Of a stretch of 64,000 nt of DNA, positions 1-10,911 are shown piece after piece. A model generated the notes under the pieces. That model did no database searches. It had not been told where the DNA came from and worked only from the letters and a program-made list of their open reading frames with translations. The DNA is taken from the IMG/VR virus record IMGVR_UViG_3300033067_001807, positions 17,498-81,497 of that record; one strand, given 5' to 3'. Within the stretch, counting starts at the first letter, position 1; the number at the start of each line of letters is the position of its first letter. The position numbers and the translations under genes are program-made. The DNA comes from a virus (Duplodnaviria > Caudoviricetes).

Positions 1-532
1 ATTCGGCAAACGTCATTCTAAACGTAGTCTTATTAGATGCCTGGTCATAGTTAATAATAAAGTCAAACCAGTTGTTTTGAACATTACTACTTCTAAACCT
101 TAGATTTGAATAAAAATGATTTTTTCTATTGATTATCCACTGATATGGTGCCTGTCCATTCGATATATTTTGGTGCACTCCATATTCTGGATCTGTTGAT
201 AAAAATCCAACAGCAATTACAGGTGGATTTAAAGAAAATGGTGATGGTTTTGGAAATAAAGTGTCAGTAGTTAATGAATTAATATTACCTATTACTCTTG
301 TCCAAAATGATTCTATTTCTTCTGCGTCTGCACCAGTTGGACCTTGAGGACCTGTAACTCCTTGAAATCCACGAGGACCCATAACTCCCTGAAATCCAGT
401 ATCTCCCTTTGGACCAGTAGGTCCTTGTGGACCTCCACCGTTAACAACCAACTGATCAAAGTTATAGTTAACCTTGTCCAATTTTATATTATCGCCATCA
501 GAAATATTAATTTGTTTTAAATTAATTGCCAT
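1..532 (-). CDS. Collagen-repeat tail/baseplate fibre protein (3' end runs off window)
   Basis: Hand translation from ATG at 532: [49 protein letters not shown]..., open to position 1. Has a Gly-X-Y run and a gp9/gp10-like DKVNYNF N-terminal motif. Not in the ORF track. Confidence 0.8.
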   Translation of the reverse strand, partial: MAINLKQINISDGDNIKLDKVNYNFDQLVVNGGGPQGPTGPKGDTGFQGVMGPRGFQGVTGPQGPTGADAEEIESFWTRVIGNINSLTTDTLFPKPSPFSLNPPVIAVGFLSTDPEYGVHQNISNGQAPYQWIINRKNHFYSNLRFRSSNVQNNWFDFIINYDQASNKTTFRMTFAE

Positions 533-555
533 TCTTTATATCTTAATTTATTTTA

Positions 556-564
556 TATATATTC
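556..564 (-). promoter_or_regulatory. Putative late promoter (RATATATA class)
   Basis: GAATATATA upstream of a fibre gene; the same motif precedes most structural genes. Confidence 0.45.
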
Positions 565-570
565 ATTTTA

Positions 571-2748
571 CTAACAGTACCCTGCTTCTACTAAAATACC
601 AGTAGATTGGTCTATATCACCATATTGTTTTTCAATAACAATATCTCCTTCAAATACTCCTTGTGTAGTAATGGTGTATAATGTTCTAAATTTTGAAGTT
701 GAACTTGGTGCATTTTGACTAATAACATTCACTAATGGAATTGTTCCAAACGTACCTGTAGTCCAATTATTATGTACATATATTACAAATCCTTCAAATA
801 CAAAATCATATAATTCAAATCCGTTAATATCTGAATAATTTGTCTCTATATATGCTGGTCTAACTGTCGATGTTAAAGAACATCCTTGAACATACGATAC
901 TGTTGTAAAGGCAGATCTACCTATTTGATGTATGTAATTCTGTATAAATATAGCTCCAATAAATTCATTTCCATTCCAATATCTTCTAAATCCTGTTAGT
1001 GTATCTCTGTACCATCCCATAGTTGCATTAGCACCGGTTGTTAAATCATAAATTGCAGTACATGTTCCAAAATCAAATGCATTAATTTCATAATTTACAC
1101 CAGTAAACGATGATATTGGACCATTTAACCCAAACACATTAGAATTTGTTGCTAAGTTTGCTGTAACAACTGGTAATGAAATACATTGAACTGATTGAGT
1201 AAATGCAGATCCATTCCAATATCGTGTAATTCCTGTCATATTTTTATACCATCCGGCTGGCGCGAAATTTGTGGTACCATTAAGATATAAATATCTTTGT
1301 GTTGTATTATGGTCAAATGTTCCCCATTCATCTTCACTAGTACCAGACCATGAAAACGTAATTATAGGTGGTCTTGAACATGCAATATCTGAAGATACTG
1401 CAGCACTTGTTAAGACAATATTAGTACTGACAGGTGGTGGTGGAGTAAATACAGTATTTGACCAATGTAAATTAGGATTTTCAAGATACACAATATGTAT
1501 CATTCTATTTACTTCACTATTTGTACCTGGATTCGCACCCCCTAAACTAATAGAGTCATCTGAATTGTTTGCACTTAAATTTACCTGATAACTTCCATTT
1601 CCAGAAGTAGCAGCTGACATTGATATATTACTTCCACCTATAAGAATTGGAGTATTATCACCATTTACAACTAAATTTTGCCCGTTTCCATTTGATGCAA
1701 TATCGTAGTTAAATGAACTTAAGTTGGGTGTTTGAAATTCGTTAATTCCGTTTTCTACTTTCCATTTTTCACCATGACATAAATACCATCCATCAAAATC
1801 AGTATTTTCCTTACCTCTACCATATATAAGTCTAAGTTCCTGATATGGAGGGCCCGGTTGTGTAATAGATGTATTTAATTCAAAATTGGTTGAGTTAAAA
1901 TAGTCGGGTGGTATAGATATAATAGAACCTATTGGAAAACTTCCAAAGACAGATTTTTTATCAACCCACTTTACCTTTCCGTCAGTTCCTTCAGAAATTA
2001 AAACATAGTTTTGAATTGCACCTTGAGATATTTGCAAAGCACTCTTTGAAATAAATTTTTGGGTGTTTATCGTTGTACTTAAATTTCCTCCAAATGTAAT
2101 TAAATTTTCAACAATTTTTAAATAACTTGTACCTAATATTTCATAAACAACTTCACCGCTAACATTTAAGAAATCAAACCCTACGTCGGCAGTTACTATT
2201 CTACCTATTTCCATGTCTAAAAAGTTGCCTGTTTTCTTTAATCTTAAATCAGCAACCTTTCCTTCATGTTGTAATCTTAATCCTATTTGATATTGTGTAG
2301 CGCCTTCTCCATTTAAAGGACCTGTATAAATTGTTTTTACAGCTCCTCTATAATCTTCTGCAGGTTCAACATTTGGATTTAAAAATCCAGTTTTCATTAC
2401 GATTGGAGTATACTCAACGTAAGGAGGAGATGGTGGAACAAGTGGAAATAAGACTGATGGATATACAATTCCATTTTCTGTCTTTTCCTTTACTTCTAAC
2501 CAATCAGAGGGTGCAGAAGCACCTTGAGCACCTTGATATCCTTGAGTTCCTGAATAACCTTGAAACCCCCTAGGTCCAATTTTTCCATAGTCACCATCAG
2601 GTCCTTTAAATCCATCTGGTCCAGGCATACCACCATTGATAAACTGATAAAAATTAAAATTTAATTTATCAATTTTGTCTTTAGACCACCATTGGGTGCT
2701 ATTAGGGTCTAGGTCAGATTTAAATATTTCTTTTATATTTATATTCAT
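571..2748 (-). CDS. Tail fibre-like protein with short collagen segment and tail-collar-like domain
   Basis: Gly-X-Y segment near the N-terminus; FPIGSII...DGWYLCHG...TPNL resembles the phage tail collar motif; N-terminus paralogous to the adjacent gene. Confidence 0.7.
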   Translation of the reverse strand: MNINIKEIFKSDLDPNSTQWWSKDKIDKLNFNFYQFINGGMPGPDGFKGPDGDYGKIGPRGFQGYSGTQGYQGAQGASAPSDWLEVKEKTENGIVYPSVLFPLVPPSPPYVEYTPIVMKTGFLNPNVEPAEDYRGAVKTIYTGPLNGEGATQYQIGLRLQHEGKVADLRLKKTGNFLDMEIGRIVTADVGFDFLNVSGEVVYEILGTSYLKIVENLITFGGNLSTTINTQKFISKSALQISQGAIQNYVLISEGTDGKVKWVDKKSVFGSFPIGSIISIPPDYFNSTNFELNTSITQPGPPYQELRLIYGRGKENTDFDGWYLCHGEKWKVENGINEFQTPNLSSFNYDIASNGNGQNLVVNGDNTPILIGGSNISMSAATSGNGSYQVNLSANNSDDSISLGGANPGTNSEVNRMIHIVYLENPNLHWSNTVFTPPPPVSTNIVLTSAAVSSDIACSRPPIITFSWSGTSEDEWGTFDHNTTQRYLYLNGTTNFAPAGWYKNMTGITRYWNGSAFTQSVQCISLPVVTANLATNSNVFGLNGPISSFTGVNYEINAFDFGTCTAIYDLTTGANATMGWYRDTLTGFRRYWNGNEFIGAIFIQNYIHQIGRSAFTTVSYVQGCSLTSTVRPAYIETNYSDINGFELYDFVFEGFVIYVHNNWTTGTFGTIPLVNVISQNAPSSTSKFRTLYTITTQGVFEGDIVIEKQYGDIDQSTGILVEAGYC

Positions 2749-2751
2749 TAG

Positions 2752-5700
2752 TTAAGCCTGTATTTTAACATGTATTTTGAAGTTGTAAGAATATCCAAGT
2801 ATCTTATTATATATTAGTCTAAAACTAAGTCCATCATTTTGATAACTTAAAATGTTATAGTTACTTAATTTTGTATAACTATTAAGAGTTAAATCTTCAA
2901 CATTATCTACCGAAACAAACCCAGTCGTTAAATCTTTACCTTGAATTCCATAGATGTCAATTGTGTCCAATATAAACCTAGGTGTTATATTGGTATTTGA
3001 ATATATGCTTAAATCATCTTGTATTGATTCTTTATCTCCAAATGAGAATTCACTTTTAATATATCTTTTAAATCTTGAAGTAATTCCGTCTTCTAATAAT
3101 TCATTAAGAATAGCACTTGGTAAATAAAAATCAGCAATCAATTGTGATTCATTTTCATACCAGTGTATTGAAGATTTATTAGATTGATTAAATCTAATTC
3201 TATCCAACTCTTCTAAAGAATTTTCTTGAATATCGCTGAATCTTGTGATATCATAAGTGTCTTTAACCTTCATTATGGTCGAAACCATGAATGTTTTCTT
3301 TTCAACTGGACTTAAAGTACCATGTACTTCCTCCGAATTTCCACCGGCTAAAGCCTTAGAAAAGTATTTAGGTGAATATTTTGACATAAATAGGTTTAAA
3401 TCCTTTTTATCAATTGCAATCTCTCCAATTGCAGGATATAATGGCAATTTATCAGAAGTTTGAGAAAGCTTTAAGATATTCTTTGAATCCTCGTCATTTA
3501 CCTTATGATAAAAATAGTTTTTAATAATTCCATAGCTATTTGTATTTGTCTTAAATGATTCAAACGCAATTCCAAGCCCATTGAATTTATTATATACTAA
3601 TCTTTCATAATCTGATATCTCATTATTTTCTGATAAAACCTTATATTGTGTATATAAATCAGTAAATGTTATAATGCTATTGAATGATGGATTATAATCT
3701 CCATTCATTCTACGTAAAACAGTGATATAACCACCATCTGTTCTATTTGTAATTATTTTTCCAATTTCGCCAGAAACAAGTTGATATGCTTTAGGTCTGT
3801 CAGGATCTGCATCTGATTGTAACATCGATGGCTTAATTATATCAGTCCCTGATTCAATAGATAAAATATATTGATTGTTTAATATGGTACCATCTTCCTG
3901 TACCGTAATATAATCAACATTATTTAATTTATTAAATGAGTTAGCAAAATTATATGCATTGATTTGATTTAACACCGAAGCAAATTGATTTTTACCACCT
4001 TGATAATATTTAAATTCAGCATTTAATGGTACTAATCCAAACTGTGAAGGATCTAATCTAAGACTATTTGCAGAAATCGTACCAGTCGTTGTGTTAAATA
4101 AATATGGCCAACCACTAACAACTATACTCTCATCATTTATCACTCTAATAACCTTAACTGCCCATGTCTCTCCAATTGTATTAAAATAAATCCAACTAAA
4201 ATTTCCTATTTCATCGGGAGTTACATACGTTCTAAATTTAGCGCTACCATCCTGTATAGCAAATTGAGAAGCATTTAATATTGCCTCTTCATTTGGATTA
4301 ATTTGGCTAAATGAACTACCTGCAAAATCGATTTGAAATTTAATCAAAGTATCTATAACAATATTATTCTCCTTTACGTCGTTAAGTGTATATAATAAAT
4401 TTCTATTTAAGTATTTTTCATCATTTTCAATAAGTTCTAACTCAATTAAAATACACATAAATTTAAATTTGTCATTCTTGATCGATGTAATTGTTGCAGC
4501 ATCCTTATTTGAACCCTGTTTATATTTTAAAACAACTCCGAATTTAATGTCATTAGCCTCATTTGTTGGAATAAATTCAGTAGGATTTTGAGATATAGTT
4601 TCTTTTCTTTTTTGATAAACATATCTTAATCCTCTAAATACTGTCGATGCATTTTTTTCATTATTGCCAGCATCAAATTTAGTCCATAATGGTTTAAGGG
4701 TATTATCATACCATATATTATCGATTGAATCATAATATCCATTCCAATTAAAGTATTGGTTAAAATAATCGAAAGAAGTGTCTTGTAATTTTGCAATTGT
4801 TAATTCTTCATCTGCAAAGTTTACATAATTATTAAAATCCTTTCTTCCTCCTAGTAGAGTATTAGGTAGGTCATGTATATGAAAATGCTCCATATTCATT
4901 AAGTCAACGTTTCTCTTTGAATCTATTTCAATATTTGGTGATAGATTATCTTCACCAAATGATTCGTTTACGTTCAATGTATATGGTAAATTTCTTGCGT
5001 TTGTTGCGTTTTTTAATTCAAACTTACAAATATGAGGTGCTATTCTGCTTTTTATAGCTGTTTCCTTTAACTTATTTTCACCTAATCTATCATACTCTGA
5101 TTTTAAATTAACTAATCCTTGATTTTCTTCAACCTTTTCGTTTTCTAAAATAGGATTCAATCCACTATAAAATGTAAATGCTTCATTATCTTCAAAGTCA
5201 TACGATAAATCTCCAAGTTCTGAGTTTTTAGTTGAATAAAAATCAAAGTCAAAATCTTTAAAATCATATGCAGCAAATCTTCCATGTGATATTTCGAAAA
5301 TCTTATACGTTTCAAATACCATATCATTTGAAAGTTTTATTGGATTTTGTAATATTACTCTATATAAATCTTCGTTAAAAGGGTCTTTATCAAATTCTAT
5401 AATTTTAGAATATGATTCAGAGTCTTTTTCTTTAATCCACTCTGCACCAATTTCTATTGTTTTAATTTCAGAAGATTTTACTAAAAAGCCTTGTCCACCA
5501 GTAGAACCTCCAACCATTGTCCACATATTCCAATCTGAAAATATTGTGTTAGTTGTAGAAGGAACCAAAGAATTTACTAGCCCAATATTGCTTTCTTCTC
5601 CGTTCGATACTGTAATAAAGTTAACAGTGTTTGGCTTATAAATACCAAATACAGACATATATCTTCTATTACCATCTTGTGTATCTTCTATTATTATTGT

Positions 5701-7155
5701 GTTATCTTTAACGTATGTTTTGTATGGCAATGCCTCGTTCGTTTTAATTGCATTAGATATTGCAATCGTAATTTGTTGAATAGATCCTTGATTTGAGAAT
5801 CTATTTGAGCTTGCTCTACCTGGAAGCATTGTTTCATCTGCTACCAATGTAAAATCGCCTAGATTATATCCGGCAATCTCAATTTCCATACGGTCTCCTA
5901 TAAAAAATCTATCATTGTGATTTGGAACATCATTAACAGATAATCTAATAAATCCACGTGGATTCGGCGTTAATTTTTCTGCATTAATAATTTTACCTGT
6001 CTTTGAAAAACCTTCAAAATCAGAGTAGTTAGCTCCATTTAATGCAATTGGTAATTTTCCAAAAGAATAATTTGAACCATTTTTTATATTATGGAAATTT
6101 CCATGTTTATCTTTAACATATTGCAATGATGGTATACTTAAATCAGATGCTTTAGGCAACATGTCAATATGTGACAAGGATGTGCCTGTGATGTCATACA
6201 AACTTGTATATGAGTCCATATTAATACTTACTATTCCGTTTTTATTAATAGTATCAACCTTAAAATAACCCTCATCAATATCGTCTACATATAATCCGAA
6301 ATATCTGTATATTTTATAGTTCTCTGCTGTAGTATCATCAAATAAAAATTCAAGGTTAATTGTATTGGCTAAAATAATTCCATTTCTTTCAAATCCTTGT
6401 GTTATAATTTCATTACTAAAAATTTCAGGATAGTCAACTTGCGTATAATATTTATCAAACTGTTCTGCTTTACTCACAAATCCACCATTAACTGTATCTA
6501 TTCCATTATAAAAAGAGGAAGCACCCTCCTTAAAATTAACGCTTATTGCAGAATTTGGAAATTGTTTATCGTTGACATGCGTTGCTAAATATTTTCCAAG
6601 GGGTGCATTTATTCCAATATCAAATGTTTTAATAATAGTTGCCTTGCTTAATAACTCAACAATTCTTTGGTTTTGTCCAACTGTATCTTCATCATATTGT
6701 GAAACATAGTCAACATCATCTACACGATATACTACAAATTTAGAAGGCAATTTCTTTTCAACCCATAATGGTGCAAATATTTTATACTGTTCATCATATA
6801 ATTTTGTGGTATTATGAGAAGCTCCATACTGATATTGGTCTTCATATTGAATTGAATAATCGGAGTATAGAGTAACATCAGTATTTGTTCTTAATACTTG
6901 ATATTTTTCGCTATTAGGTAAATTTCTAAAGAATGTCGCAACATCAGACGAATATATGCCATCAGGTTTAATATCGAATTTTTGATACTCTACCTTTGCA
7001 AGTTCTTTGTTTGCTTTAAAAGCACTTAAAAATAAATTGGAATTTGAGTCAACAACTAATTTAAGATTACTTGTTAACTTAGGGTTGGTACGAAGCAATG
7101 CAAATGATTTATTATCATTATCATTACGAACAACGCTTGTATTAATTATAGCCAT
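2752..7155 (-). CDS. Large virion structural protein (1467 aa)
   Basis: Long ORF in the baseplate/fibre module with a late-type promoter; no recognisable catalytic motif. Confidence 0.55.
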   Translation of the reverse strand: MAIINTSVVRNDNDNKSFALLRTNPKLTSNLKLVVDSNSNLFLSAFKANKELAKVEYQKFDIKPDGIYSSDVATFFRNLPNSEKYQVLRTNTDVTLYSDYSIQYEDQYQYGASHNTTKLYDEQYKIFAPLWVEKKLPSKFVVYRVDDVDYVSQYDEDTVGQNQRIVELLSKATIIKTFDIGINAPLGKYLATHVNDKQFPNSAISVNFKEGASSFYNGIDTVNGGFVSKAEQFDKYYTQVDYPEIFSNEIITQGFERNGIILANTINLEFLFDDTTAENYKIYRYFGLYVDDIDEGYFKVDTINKNGIVSINMDSYTSLYDITGTSLSHIDMLPKASDLSIPSLQYVKDKHGNFHNIKNGSNYSFGKLPIALNGANYSDFEGFSKTGKIINAEKLTPNPRGFIRLSVNDVPNHNDRFFIGDRMEIEIAGYNLGDFTLVADETMLPGRASSNRFSNQGSIQQITIAISNAIKTNEALPYKTYVKDNTIIIEDTQDGNRRYMSVFGIYKPNTVNFITVSNGEESNIGLVNSLVPSTTNTIFSDWNMWTMVGGSTGGQGFLVKSSEIKTIEIGAEWIKEKDSESYSKIIEFDKDPFNEDLYRVILQNPIKLSNDMVFETYKIFEISHGRFAAYDFKDFDFDFYSTKNSELGDLSYDFEDNEAFTFYSGLNPILENEKVEENQGLVNLKSEYDRLGENKLKETAIKSRIAPHICKFELKNATNARNLPYTLNVNESFGEDNLSPNIEIDSKRNVDLMNMEHFHIHDLPNTLLGGRKDFNNYVNFADEELTIAKLQDTSFDYFNQYFNWNGYYDSIDNIWYDNTLKPLWTKFDAGNNEKNASTVFRGLRYVYQKRKETISQNPTEFIPTNEANDIKFGVVLKYKQGSNKDAATITSIKNDKFKFMCILIELELIENDEKYLNRNLLYTLNDVKENNIVIDTLIKFQIDFAGSSFSQINPNEEAILNASQFAIQDGSAKFRTYVTPDEIGNFSWIYFNTIGETWAVKVIRVINDESIVVSGWPYLFNTTTGTISANSLRLDPSQFGLVPLNAEFKYYQGGKNQFASVLNQINAYNFANSFNKLNNVDYITVQEDGTILNNQYILSIESGTDIIKPSMLQSDADPDRPKAYQLVSGEIGKIITNRTDGGYITVLRRMNGDYNPSFNSIITFTDLYTQYKVLSENNEISDYERLVYNKFNGLGIAFESFKTNTNSYGIIKNYFYHKVNDEDSKNILKLSQTSDKLPLYPAIGEIAIDKKDLNLFMSKYSPKYFSKALAGGNSEEVHGTLSPVEKKTFMVSTIMKVKDTYDITRFSDIQENSLEELDRIRFNQSNKSSIHWYENESQLIADFYLPSAILNELLEDGITSRFKRYIKSEFSFGDKESIQDDLSIYSNTNITPRFILDTIDIYGIQGKDLTTGFVSVDNVEDLTLNSYTKLSNYNILSYQNDGLSFRLIYNKILGYSYNFKIHVKIQA

Positions 7156-7162
7156 GAAAATC

Positions 7163-7217
7163 GCCTCTTTTTATTTATAGTATATATCCTCGGAATTAAG
7201 GACCAATAAAAAGAGGC
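7163..7217 (-). promoter_or_regulatory. 13-bp inverted repeat covering the translation-initiation region, late-type promoter in the loop
   Basis: GCCTCTTTTTATT (7163-7175) pairs with AATAAAAAGAGGC (7205-7217); GGATATATAC on the minus strand lies in the loop; ATG at 7155. Confidence 0.65.
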
Positions 7218-7226
7218 TATTCTATA

Positions 7227-10200
7227 TTAATACATATTAATTTCTGGATATGAATAATCGATTCTATCTTCTGCAAGGTATAATCTTCTACCTCCACCGC
7301 CTCCACCTGTTTGGAAGTTTGTATTATAATTAGACAACATTGAACTTGTAATATTGTTTATGTTTTTTCCTTGAGGTGAATATTTAGCGTAAACTTCAAT
7401 GTCGAATTTAAATTCTTTTTTAGCAAAATCTAATATATCTAATCCTATTTTTTTAGAATAGGTTAAATTTGTTAGTGTATTATCTATAACTCCGCCTACT
7501 CTACCTGTTCCGGCTGCTCCTTCTCCAAAATAATCTGTCATTCTGTATTGAAATACAAGATCGATAGTAATCGCATTTGCACTTCCACCAACTACAATTT
7601 TTTTACCATTTTTATTTGGTGCGTCAACGACTAATGAATCAACGTTTAATGGCGACAAATATAGGAAAGATCCACATGAACGTCCACCTAATAGATACTG
7701 ATCTTCGGGATTAAATCCATTTTTAATAGTAGATCGTAACCCTCTGCTTCCCTGTTTATTAAGCGTTTTAATAATTCTAAATGGTGTTTGTTTTTTGCCA
7801 TGTGCATCATCTGCTCTTCTTGGCGCCGTTTTTGGCATACCAACCAATCCATTTCCTACAATTTCTAAAATTGCGCTTGATGGTGAAGCCACTGAAGAAT
7901 ATCCGGATAACAATGGGTGATCCGTATGCATGTATATTCCATTTGAATAATCTGAATATGTTACCGCGCCTCCTAGCCCGGTTTTATTTGGAACACTTCC
8001 ACTATATGTACCTGCCCATATAAAATTTCCTGGATTGTTTTCGGTTGATAATGGAGTTGCAGTAGCACCTGTAAAATTCTTAGAACCATCAGAGTTCACT
8101 GTAATTCCATTTATAACAAAATTTAATCCATATTCATATTTATCATATCCATTTACACTAGCAATATCGATGTCTCCATCAAATCCTCCATTACTATTTC
8201 TTTCATCTATTATATATAAATTATCATCAGCTGCAAGATTTTTAAATCTAGAGTATATGAATTGTCCTCGCAATTGAGTTGATTGCTCAGGTCCACTATT
8301 GAAATAGTCGGTATTTAATCCTGTAACATTATCTATATTTTGATATACTACCGGAACTAAATCATATCTACCCTCATTTTTATAAAAATCATCATTAATA
8401 TATTCAGGTGAAGGTGTTCCCGTTCCTAATCCAAATCGAGTGTCAACCGTTGAAACATGTGCAGGTGTTCTTGTATCTCCAATGATTCTTGCAATTAATT
8501 CAAGGTCAGTTGCTTTAGTATTTGAAAGTTCAACTTTAAAGTTTTTAGTAACAATATATCCTTTACCTCCAGTGCTTGGAATTTCATTTACATAATAACC
8601 TGCAAATAATTGTACAGTACTGTTATTTGTGACTGGTGTAACGTTACCATCTTCATCAATAATTTTAACCATTAATTCACCAACAGTACCTTCAATAACA
8701 GCTCTTAATCTTAGAACTTCGTTTTGAAGACTTAATAATTTATCATATACTGATAAAGGATTATTTAGGTCAGATAAAAATCCAGATGCAATTGAACTTG
8801 CGTTGTGTGCATATATAGATTCTCCTGCAGTAAACGTTTCTGCAACGTGAGAATATACTCCGGCGGTTTCAAGGTCTTGTTGAATTTGAACGCGAACCGC
8901 ATCTAATTCATTAGCCTTAACAACACTATCGATAACGTCTGTATTTACTTCACCTTGTGGAAATTCTATTCTTTGAATTTCTGACCATTCAGATTCAATT
9001 GGATTTGCAGGAAATCCTGCTTCAGAAATAGATTTAACCATTACTTCAACAATTTCCCCTGGGTTAATTGAAATGTCTAGTGAGTTAAAGTTAATTGCGT
9101 TTGCATCCTCTTCACTCTCTAAAACCCATGCATATTTTCCATCTTCTCCTAACTGTCTTTTTCTAACAGGTCCCATAACTTCAACCCAGTTTGAAAACGC
9201 TGCGGTTTTTTCAGTTTGGTTAACACTGTCAGTAAATTTTATTTGGTCAACTTCGGATGTTTTACCGGATGTTGACACATATCTATATCTTATTTTAAAT
9301 TGTACAACTTCTTGTGAAACTTGATTTCCAATTGTCTTAGGTTCAGGTACTGACCAAAATCCACGTACTCTAAATTTAGGAGCAACTGTTTGTAAGTCGG
9401 CACTTTCGGCAGAAGATTTAATATCTGTAATAATTGAAGAGAATAGTTTTGAACTTGATTCTCTCTGATTAATTAAAGAATTTAACTCATTATTTTGAGT
9501 ATCTTTTTCAGCAGAAGATTTAAATTTTTTGGTGTTGATTAGGGATTTCTTTTGCTTAATTGCATCATCAAGTTTTTTAATCTCCTGCTCTACCGATGTT
9601 TTATCAGCCTTTAATTGCTTAATTTTATCAGTAGTTGTATTATTTGTTAAATGTTTATTAATTTGAACAACTTTAAAATTAGCAGTATCAATTAAAGGTA
9701 CATTTGGTTTAATACCTACTGCTGCAGGCGGAATATAATCAACCTTTAATGATTTAATAAATTGCCCGAAATCTGAAACCTCATCTCTATAGTACTCTGC
9801 AAGAGTCATTTTGTTTCCTAATGAATTTACAATTTCTAATTCATTAGAATAAAATGCAACTCCAGGCGAATAGTTTTCAGCTGGAATCTTTGAGTTTGGA
9901 TCTATTGGTTTTATAAAAATAACCTGTCTTTCATTAAAACCAATTTTAATTTCTACGTCTAAATTAGTGTCAACATCTTTATAAACACCAAGTTGATTAG
10001 CACCAATTTTTATTGCTTCAGAACCTTCCATTAATAAAAGTTCAAGTTGAGAAGTTGAATTATCAATCGAAACAATTTGATACCTTGTTCTATAATTTCC
10101 AGAATTAACAATTAATGAATCTCCAACCTTTAAAGTCTCAGTGTCTTTAAGGTCTTTTGTAGAGTCGTTGTATGCTAATTTATTGACAGTATATAATTTA

Positions 10201-10910
10201 ACTAGTTTTGTTTGAGTAACTCCGTCAATTACTTGTGATTTTTCAACATTATCTATTTTAGTTACATCAAATGTACCATTATATTGTATTAATCTCATTG
10301 GCATATCTAATACCTCTGCATCAATATAATATTTATATGGATTGTCATTTAACTGAGTTTTGAATGTTGCATAATCAATTTCACTACCTCCTTTGTAAAT
10401 TTCATCAAACGCTGTTATTGTGGCAGCATCATCTGAATCAAACACAAATCTCTCAACATAAACCTTTTCTGTTTCAACTGGAATTTGTCCAGTAACATCA
10501 AGATTGATAGTTAATAATGGATTTAGAAAGTCCTCAAAAAATTCATTTAATTTTGTTCCAAATGTAGTTGGAGATGCAAGAGAAGTAATAGACTTTGAAG
10601 GTCCTTTTAATCTTGCAGTATGTATTGTTCGATATGAACCATCCTTTAGCCTAACTGTTGCGTCAGAACCTTCAAGACCACTTATAGAATTAATGTTGTT
10701 ATTTAACCTCTCAATTTCTCTTTTCAAATATCCAAACGCTGGAATTTGAATAGTTTCCATTTGATTGGTACTATTATTAAATAAGTCAATAACCACAGTT
10801 TCTTTGTTAGTGGTTATTGCTTCATTGATTCTATTAAATGTTTCTAGCGCGTTTGTGTTTAACTCTAGAAACTGTTCAAGTAATTGTGATATTGAATTGC
10901 TAGCGCTCAT
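7227..10910 (-). CDS. Large virion structural protein with central coiled coil (1227 aa)
   Basis: Long ORF with a heptad-rich segment (KIKQLKADKTSVEQEIKKLDDAIKQKK), in the structural module. Confidence 0.55.
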   Translation of the reverse strand: MSASNSISQLLEQFLELNTNALETFNRINEAITTNKETVVIDLFNNSTNQMETIQIPAFGYLKREIERLNNNINSISGLEGSDATVRLKDGSYRTIHTARLKGPSKSITSLASPTTFGTKLNEFFEDFLNPLLTINLDVTGQIPVETEKVYVERFVFDSDDAATITAFDEIYKGGSEIDYATFKTQLNDNPYKYYIDAEVLDMPMRLIQYNGTFDVTKIDNVEKSQVIDGVTQTKLVKLYTVNKLAYNDSTKDLKDTETLKVGDSLIVNSGNYRTRYQIVSIDNSTSQLELLLMEGSEAIKIGANQLGVYKDVDTNLDVEIKIGFNERQVIFIKPIDPNSKIPAENYSPGVAFYSNELEIVNSLGNKMTLAEYYRDEVSDFGQFIKSLKVDYIPPAAVGIKPNVPLIDTANFKVVQINKHLTNNTTTDKIKQLKADKTSVEQEIKKLDDAIKQKKSLINTKKFKSSAEKDTQNNELNSLINQRESSSKLFSSIITDIKSSAESADLQTVAPKFRVRGFWSVPEPKTIGNQVSQEVVQFKIRYRYVSTSGKTSEVDQIKFTDSVNQTEKTAAFSNWVEVMGPVRKRQLGEDGKYAWVLESEEDANAINFNSLDISINPGEIVEVMVKSISEAGFPANPIESEWSEIQRIEFPQGEVNTDVIDSVVKANELDAVRVQIQQDLETAGVYSHVAETFTAGESIYAHNASSIASGFLSDLNNPLSVYDKLLSLQNEVLRLRAVIEGTVGELMVKIIDEDGNVTPVTNNSTVQLFAGYYVNEIPSTGGKGYIVTKNFKVELSNTKATDLELIARIIGDTRTPAHVSTVDTRFGLGTGTPSPEYINDDFYKNEGRYDLVPVVYQNIDNVTGLNTDYFNSGPEQSTQLRGQFIYSRFKNLAADDNLYIIDERNSNGGFDGDIDIASVNGYDKYEYGLNFVINGITVNSDGSKNFTGATATPLSTENNPGNFIWAGTYSGSVPNKTGLGGAVTYSDYSNGIYMHTDHPLLSGYSSVASPSSAILEIVGNGLVGMPKTAPRRADDAHGKKQTPFRIIKTLNKQGSRGLRSTIKNGFNPEDQYLLGGRSCGSFLYLSPLNVDSLVVDAPNKNGKKIVVGGSANAITIDLVFQYRMTDYFGEGAAGTGRVGGVIDNTLTNLTYSKKIGLDILDFAKKEFKFDIEVYAKYSPQGKNINNITSSMLSNYNTNFQTGGGGGGRRLYLAEDRIDYSYPEINMY

Positions 10911-10911
10911 G

